Shown here: one piece after another, positions 36,199-44,800 of the stretch
Position numbering within the stretch: position 1 is the first letter of the stretch
Layout: every line of letters begins with the position of its first letter
Source of the DNA: Ideonella sp.
GTDB taxonomy: Bacteria > Pseudomonadota > Gammaproteobacteria > Burkholderiales > Burkholderiaceae_C
Direction of reading: 5' to 3'
Assembly: GCA_035911095.1 (NCBI GenBank)
Contig: JAMHWF010000005.1
Coordinates: 126,093-190,092, forward strand
DNA: 64,000 nucleotides
The notes under the pieces: generated by a model
Database searches by the model: none
Seen by the model: only the letters and a program-made list of their open reading frames with translations
What the model was told of the DNA's origin: nothing
Position numbers and translations under genes: made by a program

Positions 36199-38333
36199 AG
36201 CGCGACGTGTTGCGGATCGAGGCGCCGGGCGGCCCGTCGTCGGCCCACGCGGTGTTCGACGCGCTCGACGCCGAGGCCTCGTTCGAGGACGTGACGGCGC
36301 TGATCGACACCCTGCTCGAAGCCGTCTGGATCGTCGACGGCCCGACGCTCGGCATCGTCTGCGCCAACCGCGCCGCCGGCAGCCTGTTCGGCCTCCCGCG
36401 CGAGACGCTGCGCGGGCGCGACGTCACCTCGCTGGCCGCAACGCCGGAGGAACTGCTGTTCTGGTCCGACGTGGCCGCCGGCATCTGCGAGCCGATCCAT
36501 TCCGAAAGCCATGTGCGCCGCTTCGACGGCACCCTGGTGCCGGTCAACCGCCGCGTCACGCCGCTCGCCGGCTCCGGCGGCACGCGCTTCGTCGTCGCGA
36601 TGCAGGACCGCAGCGAGCAGCGCCGCGGCGAGGAAGAGCGCGAGACGCTGCTGTCCGAGCTGCGCGCCACGCTCGAGTCGACCGCCGACGGCATCCTGGT
36701 GCTCGACCTGGCCGGTCGGATCCGCGCCTTCAACCAGCGCTTCGCTTCGATGTGGGGCCTGCCGGAAGACCTGCTGGTGCAGCGCGACGACTCGGCGATC
36801 ACCGCCTGGATGCGGCGCAGCGTGACCGACCCCGAGGCCTACCTCCTGCGCCTGGAAGTGATCGCCGAGGCGACGCTGCTGCAGGCGAGCGACGTGATCC
36901 GGTTGCACGGCGGGCGCGTGCTCGAACGCATGACGCTGCCGCAGTGCAGCCGCGGGCGGCCGATCGGCCGCGTGTACTCGTTCCGCGACATCACCGACCA
37001 CCTCGCGGCCAACCAGCGCATCGAGGAGCTGTCGCAGACCGACGGCCTCACGCGCTTGCCGAACCGCACGGTGCTGGCGCACCGCTTCGACTACGCGCTG
37101 GCGATGACGCGTCGCGAGGGCACGCCGTTCGCGACCCTGCTGCTCGACGTCGACCGCTTCAAGCACCTGAACGACACCTTCGGCCAGGACTTCGGCGACC
37201 GCGTGCTGTTCGAGGTCGCCGAGCGCCTGCGCGGCTCCGTGCGCCAGGTCGACACGCTCGCCCGTCTCGGCGGCGACCAGTTCGTCGTGCTGGTGCATGC
37301 GGCCGACAGCGCCGGCGCCGAGGTGGCCGCGCGCCGCATCATGGAGGCGATCAACCGGCCCTTCATGCTCGACGGCCTGACCTTCACCGTCACCTGCAGC
37401 ATCGGCATCGCGCTGCATCCGGGCGACGGCACGTCGATGGACGACCTGATCCGCCATGCCGGCGACGCCATGCATCGCGTGAAGGGCGCAGGCCGCGCGC
37501 ACTACCGCTTCCACCTCGCGCGCCCCGACGTCGACCTGCGCGCGCAGATCCGCCTCGACCACGCGATGCGCCAGGGGCTCGCGCGCGGCGACTTCCGCCT
37601 GCACTTCCAGCCGCAGTACGGCGTCGACGGCGAACTGCTCGGCGCCGAGGCGCTGCTGCGCTGGAACGACCGCGAGTTCGGCGAGGTGCCGCCCGGCCGC
37701 TTCATCCCCGTCGCCGAGGAGAGCGGCTTCATCGTGACGCTCGGTCAGTGGGTGCTCGACCAGGCGGTGCGCCAGTCGGCCGCCTGGCGGCGTGCCGGAC
37801 ACGAAGTGCCGGTGGCCGTCAACGTCTCGGCGCTGCAGTTCCAGCAGCACGACTTCGTCTCCGTCGTCGACGCCGCGCTGCGTGCCTCGGGGCTGGAGCC
37901 GCACCTGCTGGAGCTCGAGCTGACCGAGTCGATCCTGGTGCATGACGCGACCGAGGCCTTGGCGCGGCTGCAGGCGCTGGCCGACCTCGGCGTGTGCCTG
38001 GCGATCGACGACTTCGGCACCGGCTACTCGAGCCTCGCCTACCTGAAGCGCTTCCCGATCCAGCGCCTCAAGCTCGACCGCACCTTCGTCAGCGGCCTGC
38101 CCTACGACGAGAGCGACGCCGCCATCACCACCGCCGTGGTCAGCATGGCGCGGGCGCTGAAGCTGAAGGTCATCGCGGAAGGGGTCGAGACCGCCGAACA
38201 GCGCGACTTCCTGCGCGAGGTCGGTTGCGACCAGTACCAGGGTTACCTGTTCTCTCCCCCCCTGCCGGTGGAGACCTTCGAGCGCGCCATGCTGTCTGCG
38301 GGCGGCAGCAGCCACCTGAGCGCAGCCGCCTGA
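36195..38333 (+). CDS. PAS-PAS-GGDEF-EAL protein (degenerate GGDQF A-site, intact I-site and EAL)
   Basis: GTG 36195 overlaps the HD-GYP stop (GTGA), with a GAGGAG SD at 36181. The GGDEF region reads RQVDTLARLGGDQF. The EAL set is complete: GAEALLRW, VAEESG, AVNVS, ELELTES, IDDFGTGYSSL, LKLDRTF, AEGVET and QGYLFS. Confidence 0.9.
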   Translation: MKRDVLRIEAPGGPSSAHAVFDALDAEASFEDVTALIDTLLEAVWIVDGPTLGIVCANRAAGSLFGLPRETLRGRDVTSLAATPEELLFWSDVAAGICEPIHSESHVRRFDGTLVPVNRRVTPLAGSGGTRFVVAMQDRSEQRRGEEERETLLSELRATLESTADGILVLDLAGRIRAFNQRFASMWGLPEDLLVQRDDSAITAWMRRSVTDPEAYLLRLEVIAEATLLQASDVIRLHGGRVLERMTLPQCSRGRPIGRVYSFRDITDHLAANQRIEELSQTDGLTRLPNRTVLAHRFDYALAMTRREGTPFATLLLDVDRFKHLNDTFGQDFGDRVLFEVAERLRGSVRQVDTLARLGGDQFVVLVHAADSAGAEVAARRIMEAINRPFMLDGLTFTVTCSIGIALHPGDGTSMDDLIRHAGDAMHRVKGAGRAHYRFHLARPDVDLRAQIRLDHAMRQGLARGDFRLHFQPQYGVDGELLGAEALLRWNDREFGEVPPGRFIPVAEESGFIVTLGQWVLDQAVRQSAAWRRAGHEVPVAVNVSALQFQQHDFVSVVDAALRASGLEPHLLELELTESILVHDATEALARLQALADLGVCLAIDDFGTGYSSLAYLKRFPIQRLKLDRTFVSGLPYDESDAAITTAVVSMARALKLKVIAEGVETAEQRDFLREVGCDQYQGYLFSPPLPVETFERAMLSAGGSSHLSAAA

Positions 38334-38438
38334 AGCGCCCCAGCCCGGGCTCTGAGGCGTAGTCGCACGCCCTCGTCGCAGGCGGGCTTTGCCGCCGCAA
38401 TCACCCGGCCGCGGCCCAGATTCCGTAAAGTTGGGCGC

Positions 38439-39710
38439 ATGAGCCCCGTCGAAGGCCTGCTGGAGCGCCGACTCGCGGCGCTCGACGCGCCGCTTGCGTT
38501 GGTGCTGCCTGGTGGCCGCCGTCTCGGCGCCCCGCCGCCGGCGGCCAAGGTCACCCTGACGCTGCGTGAAGCGGCGCCGCTGCTGCACCTGGCTACGGGC
38601 GAGGTGGGCCGCGTGGCACAGGCGGTCGTCGAAGGGCGGCTCGACCTCGACGGCCCGATGCGCGAGGTGATGCGCGTGGCCGCCCAGCTGATCACGCGCG
38701 ACCCCACGCAGGTCTCCCAGCCGCCGCCGCTGCGCTGGTGGCGCGAGCTGCTGCGCCGTGGCCGCTCGCGCATCGGCCATGCGATACAGCGCGACGCGAA
38801 GCAGATCCAGTTCCACTACGACGTCTCCGACGACTTCTACGCCCTCTGGCTCGACCCGCGGCGGGTCTACTCCTGCGCCTACTTCCGCGACGACGCGATG
38901 AGCCTCGCGCAGGCGCAGGAGGCCAAGCTCGACCACATCTGCCGCAAGCTGCGCCTGCAGCCGGGTGAGCGCTTCCTCGATGTCGGCGCCGGCTGGGGGG
39001 GGCTGCTGATGTGGGCCGCCGAGCACTACGGCGTGCGCGGCCACGGCGTCACCTTGTCGCGCAACCAGCATGCGCACGTGCAGCGCCTGATCGACGAGAA
39101 GGGGCTCGCCGGACGGGTCGCGATCGAGCTGCGCGACTACCGGCACCTGCCCGACGACGCCCCCTGGGACAAGATCGCCTCGGTCGGCATGTTCGAGCAC
39201 GTCGGCCTGGCCCAGCTGCCCGGCTACTTCCGCAAGCTCTGGCGCCTGCTGCGTCCGGGCGGCCTGCTGATGAACCACGGCATCACGGCGGCCGGCACCC
39301 GCAATGCGCAGCTCGGCGCGGGCATGGGCGACTTCATCGAGCGCTACATCTTCCCGGGCGGCGAGCTGCTGCACGTCTCGCACGTGCTCGAGGTGATGGC
39401 CGAGGCCGGCCTCGAGCCGCTCGACATCGAGAACCTGCGGCCGCACTACGCCCGCACGCTCTGGGCCTGGTCGGACGCGCTCGAGGCGCAGCTCGATGCC
39501 GCGCGCCGCCTGACGAGCGAGGCGGTGCTGCGTGCCTACCGCCTCTACCTCGCCGGCAGCGCGATGTGCTTCGAGCAGGGCTGGATCTCGCTCAACCAGA
39601 TGCTCGCCGCGCGGCCCGACGGCGAGGTCGAGGCGCGCCCGGAGACGCCCGCGCTGAGGGGCGCACAATCGGCCTATCCGTTCAATCGCAGCTACATGTA
39701 CCGGTCATGA
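38439..39710 (+). CDS. Cyclopropane-fatty-acyl-phospholipid synthase family SAM-dependent methyltransferase
   Basis: It contains IQFHYDVSDDFYALWLDPRRVYSCAYF, the SAM motif LDVGAGWGGL, FEHVG and HYARTL. Confidence 0.85.
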   Translation: MSPVEGLLERRLAALDAPLALVLPGGRRLGAPPPAAKVTLTLREAAPLLHLATGEVGRVAQAVVEGRLDLDGPMREVMRVAAQLITRDPTQVSQPPPLRWWRELLRRGRSRIGHAIQRDAKQIQFHYDVSDDFYALWLDPRRVYSCAYFRDDAMSLAQAQEAKLDHICRKLRLQPGERFLDVGAGWGGLLMWAAEHYGVRGHGVTLSRNQHAHVQRLIDEKGLAGRVAIELRDYRHLPDDAPWDKIASVGMFEHVGLAQLPGYFRKLWRLLRPGGLLMNHGITAAGTRNAQLGAGMGDFIERYIFPGGELLHVSHVLEVMAEAGLEPLDIENLRPHYARTLWAWSDALEAQLDAARRLTSEAVLRAYRLYLAGSAMCFEQGWISLNQMLAARPDGEVEARPETPALRGAQSAYPFNRSYMYRS

Positions 39711-40027
39711 TCTACAAGTTCAAATCGAAGGCCGCGGGCGACGTGATCATGCTTGCCGACAGCGGCGACCAGGTGCTGCGCGCGGTCGGCCGCGAGCCGG
39801 CACCGAAGGGCATCTTCGAGGTGGCCGCGATGGGCGGGCTGATCACTGCCCTCGAGCAGGCGATCGCCGCCGAGGAGGCCGAGCGCGCCGAGCTGGAGGC
39901 GAAGGCCAAGGCCGAAGGCGGGGTGTTGCCCGCGCCCGGCATCGGCCTGCGCCAGCGGGCCTGGCCGCTGGTCGAGATGCTCAGGCGCGCCCAGGCGGCG
40001 GGCGAGCCGATCGTCTGGGGCGTGTGA
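39707..40027 (+). CDS. DUF1840 domain-containing protein
   Basis: ATG 39707 overlaps the cfa-like stop (ATGA). The N-terminus MIYKFKSKAAGDVIM and the C-terminal QRAWPLVEMLRRA match my recollection of DUF1840. Confidence 0.7.
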   Translation: MIYKFKSKAAGDVIMLADSGDQVLRAVGREPAPKGIFEVAAMGGLITALEQAIAAEEAERAELEAKAKAEGGVLPAPGIGLRQRAWPLVEMLRRAQAAGEPIVWGV

Positions 40028-40082
40028 GCGGCCGCAGGGCGGCAGGACCACGAGCGACACGACTACGAGAGGAGCCAGACCG

Positions 40083-40724
40083 ATGAAACTGCGCAGCCAG
40101 AGCTGGACCAACGGCGACCGCATTCCCGCGCGCTACGCCGCCGGCAAGCCCGACGCGGCGCATACCGTGACCTTCTCCGACAACGTCAACCCGCACTTCG
40201 TCTGGGACGACGTGCCGGCGGGCACGCGCTCGTTCGTGCTGATCTGCCACGACTTCGACGTCCCGAGCAAGGGCGACGACGTCAACCAGCCCGACCGCGA
40301 GGTGCCGAGCGACCTGCCGCGCGTGGACTTCTATCACTGGGTGATGGTCGACATCCCCGCCAGCGTGCGCGAGATCGCCGAGGGCCGTTTCAGCAACGGC
40401 TTCACCCCGCGCGGCAAGGCCGGCCCGGCGGTCGAGGTCGAAGGCTTCGCCGGCGCGCGCCACGGCCTGAACGACTACACCGGCTGGTTCGCCGGCGACG
40501 CGACGAACGGCGGCCGCTACTTCGGCTACGACGGCCCGTTCCCGCCGTTCAACGACTCGCTCGTGCACCACTACGTGTTCACGCTCTACGCGGTGTCGGT
40601 CGAGCGCCTGCCGCTCGAGGGCGACTTCGGCGGCAACGAGGTACGGCAGGCGATCGCCGGCAAGGTGCTCGGCGAGGCGACCTACTCCGGGACCTACACG
40701 CTCAACCCGCGCCTGCTCGGCTGA
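40083..40724 (+). CDS. YbhB/YbcL family Raf kinase inhibitor-like (PEBP) protein
   Basis: It contains NPHFVWDDVPAGTRSFVLICHDFD, FYHWVM, GYDGPFPP and HHYVFTLYA. An AGGAG SD lies upstream. Confidence 0.85.
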   Translation: MKLRSQSWTNGDRIPARYAAGKPDAAHTVTFSDNVNPHFVWDDVPAGTRSFVLICHDFDVPSKGDDVNQPDREVPSDLPRVDFYHWVMVDIPASVREIAEGRFSNGFTPRGKAGPAVEVEGFAGARHGLNDYTGWFAGDATNGGRYFGYDGPFPPFNDSLVHHYVFTLYAVSVERLPLEGDFGGNEVRQAIAGKVLGEATYSGTYTLNPRLLG

Positions 40725-41419
40725 TGCGCGTCACGGGCGACGAACCGCACCAGGCGGCGCCCGGCGCCGCGCCCTGGCCCGAACCGACCCGCGTGCTGGC
40801 GATCCGCCACGGCGAGACCGCCTGGAACGTCGACAGCCGCATCCAGGGCCAGCTCGACATCCCGCTCAACGACAAGGGCCGCTGGCAGGCGCGCCGCATG
40901 GCGGCCGCGCTGGCCGACGAGCCGCTCGAGGCGATCTATGCGAGCGACCTCGCGCGCGCCTTCGAGACGGCCACGGCGCTGTCGGCGGCCACCGGGGTCG
41001 CGGTGCGCGGCGAGCCCGGGCTGCGCGAGCGTGCCTTCGGCCACTTCGAGGGCCAGACCTTCGCCGAGATCGAGCAGCGCTGGCCCGAGCTCTCGCTGCG
41101 CTGGCGGCGCCGGGAGCCCGACTTCGGCCCGGTGGGCGGCGAGACCCTGCAGGCCTTCTTCGACCGGGTCGCGGCCACCGCGCGCCGGCTGGTGGCCGGC
41201 CACGCGGGCGGCACGATCGCGCTCGTGGCGCACGGCGGCGTGCTCGACTGCCTCTACCGCCTCGCCGCGCGCGTCGAGCTGAACGCCTCGCGCACCTGGC
41301 AGCTCGGCAACGCCAGCATCAACCGCCTGCTCTATACGCCCGACGGCTTCACCCTCGTCGGCTGGAGCGACACCTCGCACCTCGACGGCGCATCGATGGA
41401 CGACGGGGTCGAGAGATGA
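40724..41419 (+). CDS. Histidine phosphatase family protein (phosphoglycerate mutase-like)
   Basis: The RHG motif is LAIRHGETAWN. It also has SDLARA, ERAFGHFEG and VAHGG. The start overlaps the PEBP stop by 1 nt (TGATG). Confidence 0.85.
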   Translation: MRVTGDEPHQAAPGAAPWPEPTRVLAIRHGETAWNVDSRIQGQLDIPLNDKGRWQARRMAAALADEPLEAIYASDLARAFETATALSAATGVAVRGEPGLRERAFGHFEGQTFAEIEQRWPELSLRWRRREPDFGPVGGETLQAFFDRVAATARRLVAGHAGGTIALVAHGGVLDCLYRLAARVELNASRTWQLGNASINRLLYTPDGFTLVGWSDTSHLDGASMDDGVER

Positions 41420-41432
41420 GCGTGGCCCGCCG

Positions 41433-42575
41433 ATGAGCCGCACGCTGCCGCGCCCGGGAGAAGGCGTCGACGCCGTCGACACGCCGGCGCTGGTGGTGGA
41501 CCTCGACGCGATGGACCGCAACCTGCAGCGCATGGCCGGCTTCGCCGCCGCGCGCGGCCTGCGCCTGCGCCCGCACGCCAAGATGCACAAGTGCGCCGAG
41601 ATCGCACGGCGCCAGATCGCCGCCGGCGCGGTCGGCGTGTGCGTGCAGAAGCTCGAGGAGGCTCTCGCGCTCGCCGCCGGGGGCATCGACGACATCTATA
41701 TCAGCAATGAGATCGTCGCCCCGGCCAAGCTCGAGCGCCTGGCCGCGCTGGCGACACGCATCCGCATCGCGATCGCGGTCGACAGCCCGCTCGGCATCGA
41801 GCGCCTGGCCGCGGCGCTAAGCGCGGCGGGCAGCACCGCCGACGTTTTCGTCGAGGCCGACATCGGCCAGGGGCGCTGCGGCGTGCCGCCTTCGCAGGCC
41901 GGCGCGCTGGCGCGCCAGGTGGTGGCCCACGGCCTGCGCCTGGGCGGCCTTCAGGCCTACCACGGCGGCGTCCAGCACCTGCGCGACGCAGCCGCGCGCG
42001 AGGCCGCGCTGCGCCATGCGATCGGCCTCGCACGGGCGGCCCAGGCCTCGATCACCGCCGCCGGCCTCGACTGCCCGCTCGTCACCGGCGCCGGCACCGG
42101 CAGCTTCGTGCACGAGGCGGCCAGCGGCCTCTACGGCGAGCTGCAGGCCGGCAGCTACCTCTTCCTCGACCGCGACTACGCCGACAACGAGCCGACGCCG
42201 CAGGCCCCGGTGTTCGAGCCGGCCTTGTTCATCAAGGCTCAGGTGATGAGCCGCGGCGAGGCGCACGCGGTGATCGACGCCGGCCACAAGTCGCACGCGC
42301 TCGACAGCGGTCCGCCGCGGGTGCATGGCCGCGAGCTCGTCTGGCACAACGGCGGCGACGAGCACGGGCTGCTGACGCGGCCGCCCGCCGGGGCCCCGCG
42401 CGCGGCCGCGGCGCCGGCGACCCTGCCGGCGCTCGGCGAGACGGTCTGGCTGATGCCCGGCCATTGCGACCCGACGGTCAACCTGCACGACCACTACGTC
42501 GTGCTGCGCGGGGGCCTCGAGCGTGGCGTCGTCGAGGCCGTCTGGCCGATCGACGGGCGCGGCGCGCTCGGCTGA
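41433..42575 (+). CDS. DSD1 family PLP-dependent enzyme (D-serine dehydratase / D-threonine aldolase-like, alanine racemase N-terminal fold)
   Basis: It contains TPALVVDLDAMDRNL and the PLP-Lys region RPHAKMHKC, followed by QKLEEA and the C-terminal PGHCDPTVNLHD. Confidence 0.8.
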   Translation: MSRTLPRPGEGVDAVDTPALVVDLDAMDRNLQRMAGFAAARGLRLRPHAKMHKCAEIARRQIAAGAVGVCVQKLEEALALAAGGIDDIYISNEIVAPAKLERLAALATRIRIAIAVDSPLGIERLAAALSAAGSTADVFVEADIGQGRCGVPPSQAGALARQVVAHGLRLGGLQAYHGGVQHLRDAAAREAALRHAIGLARAAQASITAAGLDCPLVTGAGTGSFVHEAASGLYGELQAGSYLFLDRDYADNEPTPQAPVFEPALFIKAQVMSRGEAHAVIDAGHKSHALDSGPPRVHGRELVWHNGGDEHGLLTRPPAGAPRAAAAPATLPALGETVWLMPGHCDPTVNLHDHYVVLRGGLERGVVEAVWPIDGRGALG

Positions 42576-43039
42576 GGGCCGACCCCGACCTCGACCTCGA
42601 CCGCCGCGGTGGCCCGCAGGGCTGCCGGTGACCGGCCCGACCCCGATCCCCACTTGCCGCGGCGGTGACCCCGTTCCAAGCGGCCGCGCCTCCCCGCGCG
42701 CCGGGCGCGGGCGCCGCGTCGCTCGCAAGCGGCCCCGCACCGCGCTGACGTGACCCATTGCCTGCCCGCCGGCAAGGCGGCGCACAGACGCGGGCGGCGT
42801 GAAGTAAGCGCGTGAGCGTTCGCACGGACCCTGGTGGGCGGGCCGGGCGCCCGGCGACAGCTGCCGAAATGGCCGTTGAAACTGGCTCACCTCCATCGAT
42901 GGCGGCGGTTGGTTAGGCAAAAAGATCCTCACCCCGGGGCTTTGGCCCGTGCGAGCGGCAGGTGGCGTCGACCACCGGCCTCCGGCACGGCGCAGGGCTA
43001 CTGAGAAGAACGCCTCCGCCAATAACAACCTGAGCACGC

Positions 43040-44782
43040 ATGCGCCTTCGTCACCCCTCCAAGCTCACGCACGTCCTCGAACCCTCCAGACCCGCCCTGC
43101 GCCGCTGTCAGCCGCTGATCCTCGCGGCCGCCCTGCTGTCGGCGCTGCCCACCGCCTGGTCGCAGGCACTGCCGCCGCAGCTGCCTTCCGCCGCGGAGCC
43201 GGGGCGCGAGCCCCTTCGCCCGCCGCAGCCGCTGCCGCAGGGCAGCGTCCCGCCGGTGTCGGTGCCGCAAGGCACGGTGACCCGCGCGCCGGCCGGCGCC
43301 GACCAGCTCCAGTTCACGCTGACGCGGGTCGACGTGAGCGGCGCCACCGCCTACACGGAAGCCGCGCTGCGCCCGCTCTACGCCGACCTGCTGGGCCGCG
43401 CGATCAGCGTCGCGCGGGCCTTCGAGGTGGCCGGGGCGATCGAGCGGCGCTACCGCTCCGAGGGCTACGTCACCACGCGCGTGCTCGTGCCCGAGCAGAC
43501 GATCGCGGACGGGGTGTTCCGCATCCAGGTCATCGAAGGCTTCATCAGCGAGATCGTGATCGACGACCAGGTCGGTCGCGCTCGCGTCGCGGTCGAGCGC
43601 CTGCTGGCCTCGCTGCGCGGCGCCAAGCCGGTCAACGTCGCCGAGATCGAGCGGCGCCTGCTGATCGCCAACGACCTCGCCGGGCTCACCGTGCGCGCCA
43701 CGCTCGAGCCCTCGCTCACCGAGCAGGGCGGCTCGACGCTGGTCGTCAGCACGGCCCGGCTGGCGCGCGAAGGCAGCGCCACGCTCACCAACCGCATCTC
43801 GCCCTACCTCGGCAGCGCCGAAGTCGGCGCGACGCTCGCCTTCAATGCGGTGGGTGAACGCGCCGACCGCATCCGCCTCGGCGCGCGCAGCTCGCTGCCG
43901 CTGGGCGGCAGCGCCAGCATCACCGGCGGCTGGGACGCGCTGGTGGCCGACAACGGCAGCACGCTCGGCCTGTCGGCCACCTACAGCCGCTCGAAGCCCG
44001 GCCGCGAACTCGACCCGCTGAACGTGCGCAGCAACGTCAGCGCGGCCGAAGGCACGCTGGCCTACCCGCTGGTCCGCTCTCGGCTGCAGAACCTGCGCCT
44101 CGTCGGCCAGTTCGAGGCGCGCAACGTCGACACCGACATGGTCGGCACGGCCTACACGCGCGACCGCCTGCGCATCGCCCGCGTCGGCCTCAGCTTCGAC
44201 CGCGCCGACCGCTGGGACGGCATCACCGCCGGCCGCGTGATGCTGCACCAGGGCCTCGACGTGCTGGGCGCCAGCAAGCGCGGCAATGCCCAGGCCTCGC
44301 GCGCCAAGGGGCGCAGCGAGTTCACCAAGCTGACGGCCGAGCTCACGCGCCTGCAGCAGCTGGGCGCCCGCACCAGCCTGCTGGCGACGATGGCCGCGCA
44401 GTGGACGCCCGACGCGCTGCTCGCCAGCGAGGAGATGGCCCTTGGCGGCGCGAGCTTCGGCCGTGCCTACAACGACGGCGAGATCTCCGCCGACAGGGGC
44501 ATCGCCGGCTCGGTCGAGCTCCGGTACAGCCCGGCGCAGACGCTGCTGCCGCACGGCATGCAGCTCTACGGCTTCCTCGACGGGGGACGCGTCAGCGCCG
44601 CCTCCGAAGGCATGTCGCCCGGCACGCGGCGTTCGCTCGCGTCGTTCGGCCTCGGGGCGCGCGCCAACCTCCTGCCCCGCGTGCTCGCCTCGATCGAAAT
44701 CGCCAAGCCCGTCAGCGCCCAGGTGGCGACCGAGGGCAACAAGCATCCGCGCGTCTTCGCCTCGTTGACCGCCCAGTTCTGA
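43040..44782 (+). CDS. ShlB/FhaC/HecB family two-partner secretion outer-membrane transporter (TpsB)
   Basis: A signal peptide is followed by a Pro-rich linker. The POTRA segment reads FTLTRVDVSGATAYTEAAL...FRIQVIEGFISEIVI. The rest is a beta-barrel body with a C-terminal aromatic residue (...SLTAQF). Confidence 0.9.
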   Translation: MRLRHPSKLTHVLEPSRPALRRCQPLILAAALLSALPTAWSQALPPQLPSAAEPGREPLRPPQPLPQGSVPPVSVPQGTVTRAPAGADQLQFTLTRVDVSGATAYTEAALRPLYADLLGRAISVARAFEVAGAIERRYRSEGYVTTRVLVPEQTIADGVFRIQVIEGFISEIVIDDQVGRARVAVERLLASLRGAKPVNVAEIERRLLIANDLAGLTVRATLEPSLTEQGGSTLVVSTARLAREGSATLTNRISPYLGSAEVGATLAFNAVGERADRIRLGARSSLPLGGSASITGGWDALVADNGSTLGLSATYSRSKPGRELDPLNVRSNVSAAEGTLAYPLVRSRLQNLRLVGQFEARNVDTDMVGTAYTRDRLRIARVGLSFDRADRWDGITAGRVMLHQGLDVLGASKRGNAQASRAKGRSEFTKLTAELTRLQQLGARTSLLATMAAQWTPDALLASEEMALGGASFGRAYNDGEISADRGIAGSVELRYSPAQTLLPHGMQLYGFLDGGRVSAASEGMSPGTRRSLASFGLGARANLLPRVLASIEIAKPVSAQVATEGNKHPRVFASLTAQF

Positions 44783-44800
44783 ACATCAAGAAAAACCACC

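Noticed and set aside
35949-39668. Other very long antisense or out-of-frame ORFs in the track: 35949-39668 (1239 aa), 7403-10804 (1133 aa), 22851-25295 (814 aa), 13481-15859 (792 aa), 462-2807 (781 aa), 5068-7332 (754 aa), 7372-9636 (754 aa) and many of 60-600 aa.
   Set aside because: All are Arg/Pro/Ala/Gly-rich with no recognisable domains. They overlap frames that have clear family motifs, and they span several real genes and intergenic regions. These are typical high-GC artefacts.
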